NCBI GenBank assembly: GCA_964016885.1 | Contig: OZ024762.1 | Span: 1,426,001 to 1,490,000 of the forward strand | Reading direction: 5' to 3' | Length of the DNA: 64,000 nucleotides | From: Eledone cirrhosa | Taxonomy: Eukaryota | Part shown: positions 52,321 to 64,000 of the stretch, one piece after another | Position numbering within the stretch: the stretch's first letter is position 1 | Layout: each line of letters opens with the position of its first letter | The notes under the pieces: model-generated | What the model saw: the letters and a program-made list of their open reading frames with translations, nothing else | The model's database searches: none | Told to the model about the DNA's origin: nothing | Made by a program: the position numbers and the translations under genes

Positions 52321-54489
52321 ACAATAGCTACACATATGACATGTTTATGGTGCCAGTGATGTGACCAGTGTGAGCTATAGACATACATGTGATATATGAC
52401 CAGTCTGAGCCATAAACATGCTTTATGAAGTCAGTGATGTATCACAAATGACATGTTTATGGTACCAGTGACGTATATGTCAGTAACAGATGGCACTGTC
52501 TTACTTCATTTCAACTATTAAATTGTTTCCCACTCACATTAAACTTGTTATACAGCAGTCGTAGTATATTTCTAATGACACACACAGGCCATAATATTTT
52601 TAATGACTAACACACTGACGAGGACTCTCAAATCATTTTCAAAGTAATCAACAGGACTTAATAATGAGAAGGTTCCATTACTGAGTTGGTGCTTGGAACA
52701 TAACATAACTTCTTACATGCTGATTCAGCCAGTGAATAGCATTATATATCTACACCAGGTGGTGCTATTAAGTTAGATATGGCTTGGGCCAATACTGGCC
52801 AAAACCTATCAAAGTTTTATCACCTTATACACATCAACATTGTTTTTACATCCATTTTACCATACTTACATGGGTAGGACAGGTCCTTCTCGACACAGCA
52901 CCTCTCCACTTGCTGTTTCTTTGTCATCTCCTCTGCAAGTCTCAGCAATTTGAGATCAGCTCACCCCCCAGGTCTTTCTCAGTCTACTTCTACTGCAGCT
53001 TCCACCACTGGCATTTCCAGCTCCATTTATCTTCATCCATGCACATCACATGTCCATACCAACACAGTCTTCTCTCCCACATACCACCTCAGATTCTTCT
53101 TAAACCTAGCTAAAATTATTTCATTACTGACATTGTAATTAAATAATTGGTTCTTGTATAAAATGTCAGAAGATTTTAATTTCAAATAAGAACCTTTTTA
53201 AAATAGGTGATTTTGTTTTGTGGTACCAAAGCTAGTTTTGACTGGATTGGTATCAAAAGGGTTAATCAAATTGTGAATATTATTAACTTTTTTAATTTTT
53301 GTCATCTCACATGTCTGTGTTCCATATTTCTAATGAAAAACACTGCCTATGGGTTTAGTAAAATAACTTTCTTATTAAACTTGTGTTAGGAACAGTTTTT
53401 CACATTAAATTATGATGGACGGTTTTAAACACTTTAACCCTTTTGTTTCCATATTTCTAATGAAAACACAATTTTCAAATAGTTTTGAAAATAATTATTT
53501 TGGAAGGATTTAGTAATATGTGTATACAAAAATTGAAACCCCAAGCAGAGGCAGCTAAACACATTGTTTAGATGGCATATATAAGCTGACCCATTTTACC
53601 ATTGATTTTTTGGTTAAATATTCCTCAGCTTATATTCAAGTATATACAGTAACTAACTTTTTCAGTATTAAGCTTGTGTTTGGAACATAACTTAAAAGTT
53701 CTTATATAAAACTATTATGGAAGGCTTCCACATTTCTAATGAAAAACACACTGCCAATGTGTTTCAATTAATATTGAAAATAGGTAAGAATTTAGAAGGA
53801 TTTTCTCATTATTAAGCTTGTGTTTCAAACATAGCTTAAAGTTTGACTTAAAATTATGAAGGAAATTTTTTTTTTTAAATAAAAAACTTGGAAATGGGTA
53901 GTATCACAAAACCAGAGTAGTTTTATGTAGGTAAGTATATAGTGTTTTTTGACCACTGTAGAAAATGAATGGTTTTGCCATTTTTACTATTTTATTTACT
54001 CCAATTTAGAAATAGTATCAGAAGGCGATAGGCTGCGTTTAATGTCAATTGGATTGGAACAACAAGATCTAGTCACAACAGTATGAACACAGAATATTTA
54101 TTTATCGAAGAACATATTTTTCAATTGTGTTTGTGAATGTGAACAAGCAGAATAGATTTGAACTTGTTAAGAGTACAAGGTTGTTTGCGAATAATACAAT
54201 GTTACCTCTACTGGTTGTCAAGACATTATGGATGTCTAATATCCAGTTGGTAGATTAAATATAGGACTCTCGGGTTAGCCATATTTCGTGCCACGTGTCA
54301 CATGTTGAGGACAGCAAATTATTACGTGTTTCTGGTCTGAAACTATCTGCTCTACTACTTGCTTTCGGTTGTGGCACAATGCATTACTCATCCGGTAGAT
54401 AACTGTATCGGATCGTTGACTGGCTAATATTTAGGTGAGGTGAGTTAGTGCAACAGGGATCAAGGTGTGTAAATTGACCTATTTATCTG

Positions 54490-54846
54490 TTCACTACAAG
54501 TATGAATTGAAAGGGTTAAAAGGTTATCACTACAAGTATGCAATGAAAGGGTTAAAAGGTTATCACTACAAGTATGCAATGAAAGGGTTAAAAGGTTATC
54601 ACTACAAGTATGCAATGAAAGGGTTAAAAGGTTATCACTACAAGTATGCAATGAAAGGGTTAAAAGGTTATCACTACAAGTATGCAATGAAAGGGTTAAA
54701 AGGTTATCACTACAAGTATGCAATGAAAGGGTTAAAAGGTTATCACTACAAGTATGAATTGAAAGGGTTAAAAGGTTATCACTACAAGTATGCAATGAAA
54801 GGGTTAAAAGGTTATCACTACAAGTATGCAATGAAAGGGTTAAAAG
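54490..54846. repeat. 36-bp minisatellite
   Basis: About 10 copies of tcactacaagtatgcaatgaaagggttaaaaggtta. Confidence 0.92.
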
Positions 54847-57525
54847 CTGTAAACAGCAACATTGGGTTAGGGAATGGTAGAAAGAATGGGGGGGAGGGGT
54901 GATTTAAAAAAGAATATTTTATTACAATTTATTTTATTGTGTAAAGAATATTTTATTGCTTTCCATTAATTCAAAGTTGATGACAACTTGGCAAAGCTGC
55001 TGTCATTACCAGCCATAAGACAATAAAACATACTGTTTGTTCTTCATGTAACAGCACTTCTGTCTAGAACATTTGAAAGGTGGAAGAGGAGATGCTATCC
55101 TAAAGCAATGACTACAGGATTTATATAAGACAACCTCCCATTTTACCATCGATTGTGTGGTTACATATTCCTCAACTTATATTCAAGTATATATGGTAGT
55201 TCTCAGAGTGATCCAGCACAAGACTGATGAGGCTGGTCCCGAGCAACACAAAATGAAGTAGCTTACTCAAGACTACAGCGAGCCAACTGGTTTCCGGAAT
55301 TGAACCCACAACTTTACGATCTTTAGTTCAACATGCTAACCCCTAAGCCATGCATGTTCAACAACTGTGATAATTCTAGTGTATGAAGGAAACAAATCCT
55401 GTTTTGTTGTAGCTATATCTCTGATGGTTCAATTCTCTGCTCCAATCAGGATGTTCCATTATATATAAAAATCAATAACAAAAATAATAGCAATAAGTAT
55501 ATAGAGATCAATACAATTGGCTTCACTGTACACCTAATCTGCAATAGACACAACAGGAACATTTGTATATCTTCTAAAATATATACATTCGTGTCTGTGT
55601 GTGGCTGTAGGTACATACAGATATACATATGTCAGTGTGTGTGTATTTATATATACACACACCTGTATACATACATATATATATACACATACAGTGGTTG
55701 GTTTAACAGGAAATATGGAAAGTGTCTGATAAGTGTTATATCTGGCTTGGATTCGAGGTTGTCTGATTTTCTGAGTGTTTTCTTTATGGGTTAGGGCAAG
55801 CAGTGGCCTCATTTGATGAATAACTGTAGTTTAAATATATTTACATATACACACACCTACGAATAATGTTTACATCAATATTTTACTTTTTGTTTACAGG
55901 TAAACCAAAACTCAATGAAAAAAAAAGGTATTACAAATTCACTGAAGTTATTTTTAATAAGTGTAAATTTAGTTCCCTTACAAAAACATTTGGATTAATA
56001 TTTCCAATACAAGTAGGTCTGTATTTCATTTGCAGTTAAACCAATTTATAGTTAAGTCATTAAACTTTGTTAAAAAGCCCACAATAATTAAGTCATTAAA
56101 CTTTGTTTAAAAAAAGGGCCCATAATAATTAAGCCATTAAATTTTGGTAAAAAAAAGACTGCAATAATTAAGTCAATAAACTTCGTTGAAGACCACAATA
56201 ATACTGTCATTAAACTTTGTTAAAGAAGACCACAATAATTGAGTCATTTGAATTCGTTAAAAACCACAATAATTAATTAGACTTCGTTAAAGACCTGTTG
56301 TATTTGTTGTTGCTATGGTACATACCCAGATTGTTTATTCATAGGTTCCATCAATATTTAACACTTTCACGCCCTTTTTTATGTAAAAACCTTTTAAGCT
56401 AATAACTTAATAATGAAAAAGTTAAGCTATATAACTAAATTAACTCAAATATTTTATTATTTTCAAAATAAATTGAAACACTAATCTGTGATGGCTAGAG
56501 GGACAGCAAGATGACGAGAGGGACAGCAAGATGGCCATAAATTGTACAATGTTAGATTTGTTATATGTATGTTATGATCTACACAGCTGTTACATATATT
56601 TATGTAATATATATATATATACAGATAGTGAGTCAGCTGCTTTTATTCCCCAATATTTCACTGAAAGCCATTGTTGTACTTTTAAATACTGCGATCTCCT
56701 GGCTGACTATTGAGGCCTATAAATATAACAAGGCAATTATTAATAATACTCTGACATTATATATCTTTACCTATCTATTGAAACATGTTACACCCCCCCC
56801 CCCCCCGCCTCATTAAATTGACATCAAATGTATCACTTGCAGGTTTTCAGTTGTCAATAATACAGTTTAGCTGACATGTAAGTATATTATAGAAAATCTA
56901 ACAGATCTTGTTGAAATACATCGGATGGAAAAGTAATTATATACTACACATGTAAACAAATGTTTTTTTTTTTTTATACAAGGTTTGTTTGTAGTCAACA
57001 ATCTTAGCCCATCAGATACCAAACTACCTAAAACTACCCCAGGTTCTACAATATAAAACTGTTTGTTTTAAGCTCTTTATATTTATATAAAAAACTTCCA
57101 TTATAATTTTGTGGAAGAGCCTTTCTTTGTATGTTTTGTTTGTAGTATATTGGCTTGACCCTTCTGATACTAAACTGACTGAAACCACTTCTCAACCAAC
57201 ACAATCTGTAAGTAACAACCACACCTACTTCCTAATATAACCACCAAGTAGGAATGAACCACTCTCAGATCTGACCACTGAACTTCACCAAAATACCCAC
57301 CTCAATGAGCTTCCTCTCACAATCAGTACATATATCCCTGAATGTTGTCAAGAAGTGACCCAAAAGGTTGGTGTAAAGAAGGGCATCTGGCTATAAAATG
57401 TTGCCTCAAAAGATCTTGTCCGATCCAAGTCGATGTAAAAACAATGATGTGAAGAAATTTCATCTCAGAATATGAAATGCTACATGTATTACCAATTAAA
57501 GGTTTAGCAAAAAGCCATAACTCAC

Positions 57526-57630
57526 CTCTTCAGGATAGAAACTTTGTAAGGTTGACAGGGAAAACACTGATTCAAAGCCCTCTTTAAAAGCTTCAAATTG
57601 TCTCGATACACCTTCAACAAGATTCCAAAG
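57526..57630 (-). pseudogene. TRIP12: Orphan exon fragment of a TRIP12-like HECT E3 ligase
   Basis: Translates [35 protein letters not shown] followed by a GTGAGT donor. This matches TRIP12 HECT ([35 protein letters not shown], from memory). No neighbouring exons were found. Confidence 0.7.
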
Positions 57631-57739
57631 GAAAAAAGAGTGCTCTATGTACAGAACAGAGCTATTTAATTAGAAAGTGAACAAAACAAAATATAACTGG
57701 TAATGGAGTAGTTATATTTTGTGTTGTTCACTTTCTAAT

Positions 57740-57787
<48 letters not shown>

Positions 57788-57789
57788 TA

Positions 57790-58035
57790 CATGGAACAAA
57801 CTACCTGCATCAGTTGTTACCTGTCGGAACACTGCATCCTTCGAAATCTCCATCCTTCCTGAAATTTGCCAACACTACACCTGATATTTCCCCTCCATAC
57901 ACACACATGCATGAATCTGTGTGTATATCATGACTCACACACTGATCCTTTTCCTGACGTTTCTACATTATTCTATGTGCTATACATGCACCTTTGATGA
58001 GTTGTAGTGCACCCGAACACTGTACACAATAATAT
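57790..58035 (+). mobile_element. Short CR1 3' fragment
   Basis: Homologous to ~51658-51895. Confidence 0.8.
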
Positions 58036-58082
58036 CCATTGTTATATATACATATATATATACATACATATACATACATATA

Positions 58083-59311
58083 TGGTGGCTGCCAACGCGT
58101 TTTCGAGTACGGCCACTACTTTATATCCATGTAGGAGAACTCCTACCGATGCGCTGAACGAGTGTGACTTTTTAGTCCAGCCAGTGACTTAAAAACTCTG
58201 GTACAAACACTACACTTGTGACAATTATTGACACATAGTGCTGGGCCCATGGCACCATGTGACGACAAGTGCAGAGAGATCTCCAGATATAAAGCAATGC
58301 CTGTGCTGTGAAGCTTTTATAGTGAGCAAAGGCACTGCACAAAGCCAGTCCCACTCTCTTAACCAAGATGATATTTACCAAAAAGAAGAACAAGTCAACA
58401 TCATTGGATACCATCAGGGTTGCAGGTGTTATATCAGAGTTTTCCTTCTCCTAGAATTCTGCCTTGACAAAGGCTAAGGGGTCATCTCTCCCGGTGATTT
58501 TGGATGGCTATTGAGTCTTAAGAGCTCCCTTGCCCTTTGACAGGTTTTGTTTTTAGTCCTGCAGGATGTCCAAAGTCACCCTCCTCACCAAGAAACCTTG
58601 GTGGGGTTGCCAGTTTAGTCGCCAACGACCCGACCATGAGACAGGTTGTACTGGGATACATGTTACCAGTAGCACCAACTGGTGACCTGACATACATATA
58701 TACATACATATATACATACATATTCATACATATATGATGGCTGCCCCCTCGTTATCGAGTATGGCCATTGCACGATATAACATTATTAATAATTATTAAT
58801 TAATTCTATCGTGCAATGCCTGTGCGTGAAGATATTTTTTAAAGTGAGGAAAGACTGTGCACTGAGCCAATCCCACTCTCTGAGAGACAGTAGCTATAAC
58901 CTGAAAAGAAGAAAAGATCAACATCATCTGTAACTACTGAGCCGCAGGTTTTATATCAGAGTTGTCCCAGAATGCCCTGACAAAGGCTAGAGGTCCTTCA
59001 CTCCCAGTGGTTTAACCGCGCGATCGGGTGTCCAGCCTGACTATTTCTATGTCCCCGCGCATATACATACACATGCACCCATGTATATACACATATACAT
59101 GCATATATACATGTGTATATACATATTTACACATTTTCGGATGACCGTTGGACTCTTATGAGTTCTTCCGCCCTTTGTCAGGGTTGTTTTTTGTCCTGCA
59201 AGGTGTCCAAAATCACCCTCCTCACCAAGAAACCTTGGTGGGGTTGCCAGTTTAGTCGCCAACGACCCGACCATGCGACAGGTTGTACTGGGATACAACT
59301 GGTGACCTGAC
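58083..59311 (-). mobile_element. Two tandem diverged copies of an unclassified repeat with an HDV-like 5' structure
   Basis: 58083-58691 and 58737-59311 share blocks such as caccctcctcaccaagaaaccttggtggggttgccagtttagtcgccaacgacccgaccatg. Each starts at a (TACA)n tract. Confidence 0.55.
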
Positions 59312-59361
59312 ATATACATACATACATACATATATACATATATATACATATATATACACAC

Positions 59362-59396
<35 letters not shown>

Positions 59397-59418
59397 TACA
59401 TATATATACATACATACA

Positions 59419-59450
<32 letters not shown>

Positions 59451-60078
59451 ATACATACATACATACATACACATATATTCATAGTGGTTAGGTCATGCTG
59501 CCAATAAAAACACATGTACTGTTTTGTTTTTCACTTCAGTTTTATTATCAACCAAGCAGATAAATATTTAATTAATTGATTGAGTAAACTGTCCTTTCGA
59601 CACAGCCTCTGACATACTGATGATGCTGTGTCTCTCATGCCTTTCCCCATCATTTACTGTTTCATCTTTTTGTTTCTCAAAGCCCAATGGTTTATGTATA
59701 CATGTACTTGTAGTTATTTATATATATTTTAATAGCTTAGAGAAATATGAAATACACTCTATTTTAATTAATTAATGAAGATTTTAAAGGTATTTAATCA
59801 GTAATTTAACATGGTTGTTACATAAAATTATTGTGGAAGATTTATATTTAAATAAGAACCCTTTAAAATGAGTGGTTTTGTTTCATAAAAGCACTGCTAG
59901 TTGGGATTGTGTTGATATCTCAAGGGTTAAAGGAGAATTTTGAGGGATTTACTAATGTAATGTTCTTATATAAAATTATGTTGGAAGATAGTTTTAGGGG
60001 CATGTTGATATCAAAAGGGTTCATATTTACAATTTTACATGCCCTCTAAATTTACGGCCAAAAATCAAGTTCCTTTTT

Positions 60079-60459
60079 TCATGCTTGAGTTGTTGAATCA
60101 ATTTGAAGAACCCAAGTCAATTTATCGTAGACTTCTGGGAAAACAGTTTTCATATGTTCTCTCACACATGATCCAAGAATGTTGTGGTCTCTTATAAGGT
60201 TTTCTCGGCAGGTGTGCAAGCTGTTTTGAATTGCCGGAAGAGTTTCTTCAAAGGTACCGGGTCTTAGCATGCAGTTAAATTCACATTCTTCATAGCCTGA
60301 TGGATAAGGTTGGTGTGGTTGACAGTCTATCCCAGTCATCATACATGTCATACATTTAGTGAAGCAATTCAGTTGACCATCATAAAACCACCGGCAGGAC
60401 ACATGCGACACCAGTGCAGCAAACAGCAAACTGACGATCAAATACCGACAAATGTGCAT
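60079..60459 (-). CDS. Secreted Cys-rich protein A2 (126 aa)
   Basis: Signal peptide identical to A1, 8 mature Cys and the same upstream acceptor. Confidence 0.85.
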   Translation of the reverse strand: MHICRYLIVSLLFAALVSHVSCRWFYDGQLNCFTKCMTCMMTGIDCQPHQPYPSGYEECEFNCMLRPGTFEETLPAIQNSLHTCRENLIRDHNILGSCVREHMKTVFPEVYDKLTWVLQIDSTTQA

Positions 60460-60597
60460 TGTAGTGTATTTTTTTTATTGATGAAAGAAATCTGTGAAGG
60501 GAAAGAGAGAAGAAACTTCTTATCATTTGACTGATTCTATTGTTAATATAAACTACATATCTATAGTTAAGTAATAAACAACATAAGACAATTATTC

Positions 60598-60664
60598 CAT
60601 TTACCAAAGGTTTCACGACGACAGACAAGCTCGAGACAGACGTCTGAAATCGCTCATCAGAATG
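60598..60664 (-). ncRNA. Type I hammerhead ribozyme upstream of A2
   Basis: Copy of 40311-40377 with the core intact. Confidence 0.75.
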
Positions 60665-61221
60665 AAATTTATTTGAAGTGAATAAAAGATATGGATTTAA
60701 AAACAAAAGCTAATACATTTTATTCCGTAATCTGCTGTAATACATAATACATATTTCTGTGGCATGAATAATTGTTTCTACTTTTGGCACAAGGCCAGCA
60801 ATTACTCCAGTGCATTACTGGTACTTTATTTTAGCGACCTCGAAAGGCAAAGTTAACCTCGGTGGGATTTGAAGTCCACATAAATAATTGTTTCTACTTT
60901 AGGCACAAGGCCAGCAATTATCCAGTACATTACTGGTACTTTATTTTATCGACCCCGTAAGGATGAAAGGCAAAGTTAACCTCGGCGGGATTTGAACTCA
61001 GATCGTAAAGGGACGTAACTATGCTGGAAAGCATGGCGTCCGACCCTCCACTGATACTGCCAATCCACCGCCCACATAAATAATGATACTAAGCAATCAT
61101 CACACAGTAACCAACACAACTTCTTTGGACAACATTTTAGGTAATAAAGTTGTTATATAATATATTTCTAATGAAGTACAGACTATTGGTGAAGGGATGG
61201 GCTTATATTCAATATAGCTCT

Positions 61222-61896
61222 TATAATAATGAAATTATTGTGTAAAGTGCTCAGGTGCACTACAACTTGTCAAAGGTGTATGTATAGTACATAGAATAAT
61301 ATACAAATGTCAGGGAAGTGAATAGTGTATGAGTCATCTTATACATGTGTGTATGTGTATGGAGGGGGAGAACATTAGATGTAGTGTTGGCGAATCTCGG
61401 GAAGCATGGAGGTTTTAAATGATGCAGTGTCTCGACAGCTAACAACTGATGCAGGTAGTTTGTTCCATGCTTCAGCAACTCTGAGCGTGAAAAAATGTTT
61501 CCAAACGTCATGGGAACTGTGCTGTTTTCTGACTTTGTGGGTATGCCTACGTGTGTTAGACACATGGAAATCAAAAAGGTACTCAGGGTTGTTGTTGGCA
61601 AGATGGTTAATAATTTTGTGGGTGTTTACCAAGTCAGTTGCCAGGCGTCGGAGCTTCAATGTATCCATGGCCAGGGAAGTAAGGTGTTCAGAGTATGGTA
61701 GATGCCTGATGGAGGGTATTCGCTTGGTTGCACGTCTCTGAACAGTTTCCAGGCTGTCAATGTTCTGAGCAAGATAGGGGTTCCAGATTGGTGATGCAAA
61801 TTCTAAGTGGAGCCACACCATAGCCATGTACAGCTTTAAATAGATAGCTGGAGAGCGGCTGACAAAGGTCTTGTTGAGTGATGCTAAGACACCCTC
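61222..61896 (-). mobile_element. 5'-truncated CR1 LINE inserted only in duplication unit 2
   Basis: Same family as 50970-51908. It is flanked by a GCTCT duplication, and the empty site atagctctcacaagag is at ~41119-41134. Confidence 0.88.
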
Positions 61897-62416
61897 GCTC
61901 TCACAAGAGTCCATCCCTTTATTGTATATTGCAGGCTTGTGTGTTCGTGAATTGAGAGATTTTATGTGCGGGGGGTGTAGTGGTGGTGGTGGTGGTAGAA
62001 GTGGTGTGGTGGTGGTAGTGGTGGTGGTGGTGGTGGTGGTGGAGGTAGTGGTGGTCGTGGTGTTGGTGTAGTGGTGGTGGTAGTGGTAGTGGTGGAGGTA
62101 GTGGTGGTGTTGGTGTAGTTGTGGTGGTGGTGGTGGTGGTTGTGGTTGTAGTGGTGGTAGTGGTGGTTGTAGTGGTAGTGGTGTAGTGGTGGTGGTAGTG
62201 ATGGCAATACTGGTGGTGGTTGTTGCGGTGGTAGTAGTGGTAATAGTGGTATTGGTGAAGGTGGTAGTTGTGTTTGTAGTGATGGTGGTGGTGGTGGTGT
62301 TGGTGGTAGTTGTGGTTGTAGTGGTGGTGTTAGCGGTGGTAGTATTGGTAGTAGTAGTAGTAGTAGTAGTAGTAGCAGCAGTGGTGGTGGTGGTGGTGGT
62401 GGTGGTGGTGGTGGTG

Positions 62417-62458
<42 letters not shown>

Positions 62459-62496
62459 ATAGTAGTAGCAGTAGTAGCAGTAGTAATAGTAGTAGC

Positions 62497-62540
<44 letters not shown>

Positions 62541-62826
62541 CAGCCGCAGCAGTAGTGGTAGTAGTAGTAGTAGTAGCAGCAGTAGTAGTAGTACCAAGTA
62601 ATTGACACCAAAATATTCAAGAAATAATTGACGAGAGGAAAGTTTTCAAGATTCCATTCTTAACATTTATTGATCAGAAAATTAATATTTTTGAAATAAA
62701 ATAAAAAGAGAAATTAAAACACGTACGCCATAAACATACACACCCATGTACTCACACACACACTCAAATACCTTACACATACACCTACACACACACACAC
62801 ACACACATATATATCTATATGTATAT

Positions 62827-62885
<59 letters not shown>

Positions 62886-63008
62886 TTTCAGAAGATCGTG
62901 TTAAGGGTGAAAGCAGCGATTCTTTGTTTAAACTTTAATCTGTTATTTTAATAAATATATATATATATATTTATATAAGGTAGATTCTATAAGTTGATAA
63001 TACAACTG

Positions 63009-63083
<75 letters not shown>

Positions 63084-63495
63084 CAGTATCGGTAGAGGGT
63101 CGGACGCCATGCTTTCCAGCATAGTTACGTCCCTTTACGATCTGAGTTCAAATCCCGCCGAGGTTGACTTTGCCTTTCATCCTTACGGGGTCGATAAAAT
63201 AAAGTACCAGTAATGCACTGGGTAATTGCTGGCCTTGTGCCTAAAGTAGAAACAATTATATATATATATATAATACTATATATATATATATATATATAAA
63301 TATATATACTATATATATATAATACTGTTGTATTATCAACTTATAGAATCTACCTTATACATATATATATATATATATAGTATATATAGTATTTATATTT
63401 ACAGTTTGACTTAACTCTGCATTGCCAGAGGTTTCCAGATGTAAATATGGCCATGTTATGTTATGTGTGTGTACAAGGATCAATGTCTTTTTTTT

Positions 63496-63867
63496 TTACA
63501 TTTTACAGTCGACATCAAAGAATGTTTGGTAAGTGTTTGGTCGAACTTTTTCAAAGAAATTAGAGCGACATTGATGAAAGTCTGTGGGAAGTCCGTTACT
63601 GGCACTACGACATGATGCCAAGCCATAGACGACAATATTTGGGTTTCTTTCAGGAAGTTGGTACACATTGATTTTACAGTCTTCACAGCAAGCATTTGTA
63701 CCATTTCTGATGGGAGAATCTATTGGACATTTCTTGCCAAGGATCAGACACATCAGGCAGTTACTAACACAGTTAACACGTGAATCAAGGAAGCATTGGG
63801 CTTGTCCCTGCACCTCGGAGACTGCAGTTATTGCTAGCAGAATAGCAAGTAGCACTTTCACTGCCAT
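63496..63867 (-). CDS. Secreted Cys-rich protein B2 (123 aa from the ATG at 63867)
   Basis: Signal identical to B1; all 11 Cys and the NGT sequon are conserved. Confidence 0.85.
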   Translation of the reverse strand: MAVKVLLAILLAITAVSEVQGQAQCFLDSRVNCVSNCLMCLILGKKCPIDSPIRNGTNACCEDCKINVYQLPERNPNIVVYGLASCRSASNGLPTDFHQCRSNFFEKVRPNTYQTFFDVDCKM

Positions 63868-64000
63868 CGTGTGCAACTGCAATGACAAATAAAATAGATA
63901 AATAGTAAATAAAGTATAAGATTATTGTTGTCACTGTTCTTATTTAGCCCTAGGTCAGCTGTGGTCAAACTGACCTATAATCAAAGGCAATCTAACCACG

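Larger units (their letters stand above)
59487..64000. repeat. Segmental duplication unit 2
   Basis: Collinear with 39197-43707; extends beyond the window. Confidence 0.92.

Noticed and set aside
54490-54846. Regular 36-bp repeats resembling a CRISPR array
   Set aside because: No unique spacers and a eukaryotic context; this is a simple minisatellite.

Overview
AT-rich, microsatellite-dense, intron-containing animal DNA. The SINE and microsatellite landscape looks cephalopod/Octopus-like, which is an inference. From left to right the window holds: (1) the last two coding exons of MRE11 (+). (2) A ~11-kb inverted repeat whose arms each carry an apparently identical, unidentified ~160-nt structured Pol III-type RNA gene candidate. 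(3) A WWE-WWE-WGR PARP2-like gene (-) with at least 17 exons, convergent with MRE11. (4) A Penelope-like GIY-YIG fragment and many hammerhead-ribozyme motifs. (5) A ~20-kb-offset segmental duplication in which each unit carries two distantly related secreted Cys-rich protein genes (A and B) with single-exon CDSs. Their signal peptides and flanks are near-identical between copies while the mature regions have diverged strongly. Also present are RTE, CR1 and L1/Tx1 LINE remnants, two tRNA-SINE families, two HDV-like ribozyme candidates, an orphan TRIP12-like HECT exon and many tandem repeats. The strongest novelty candidates are the hypervariable secreted Cys-rich A/B family and the palindrome-borne ncRNA. 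All alignments, folds and identities were done by eye.
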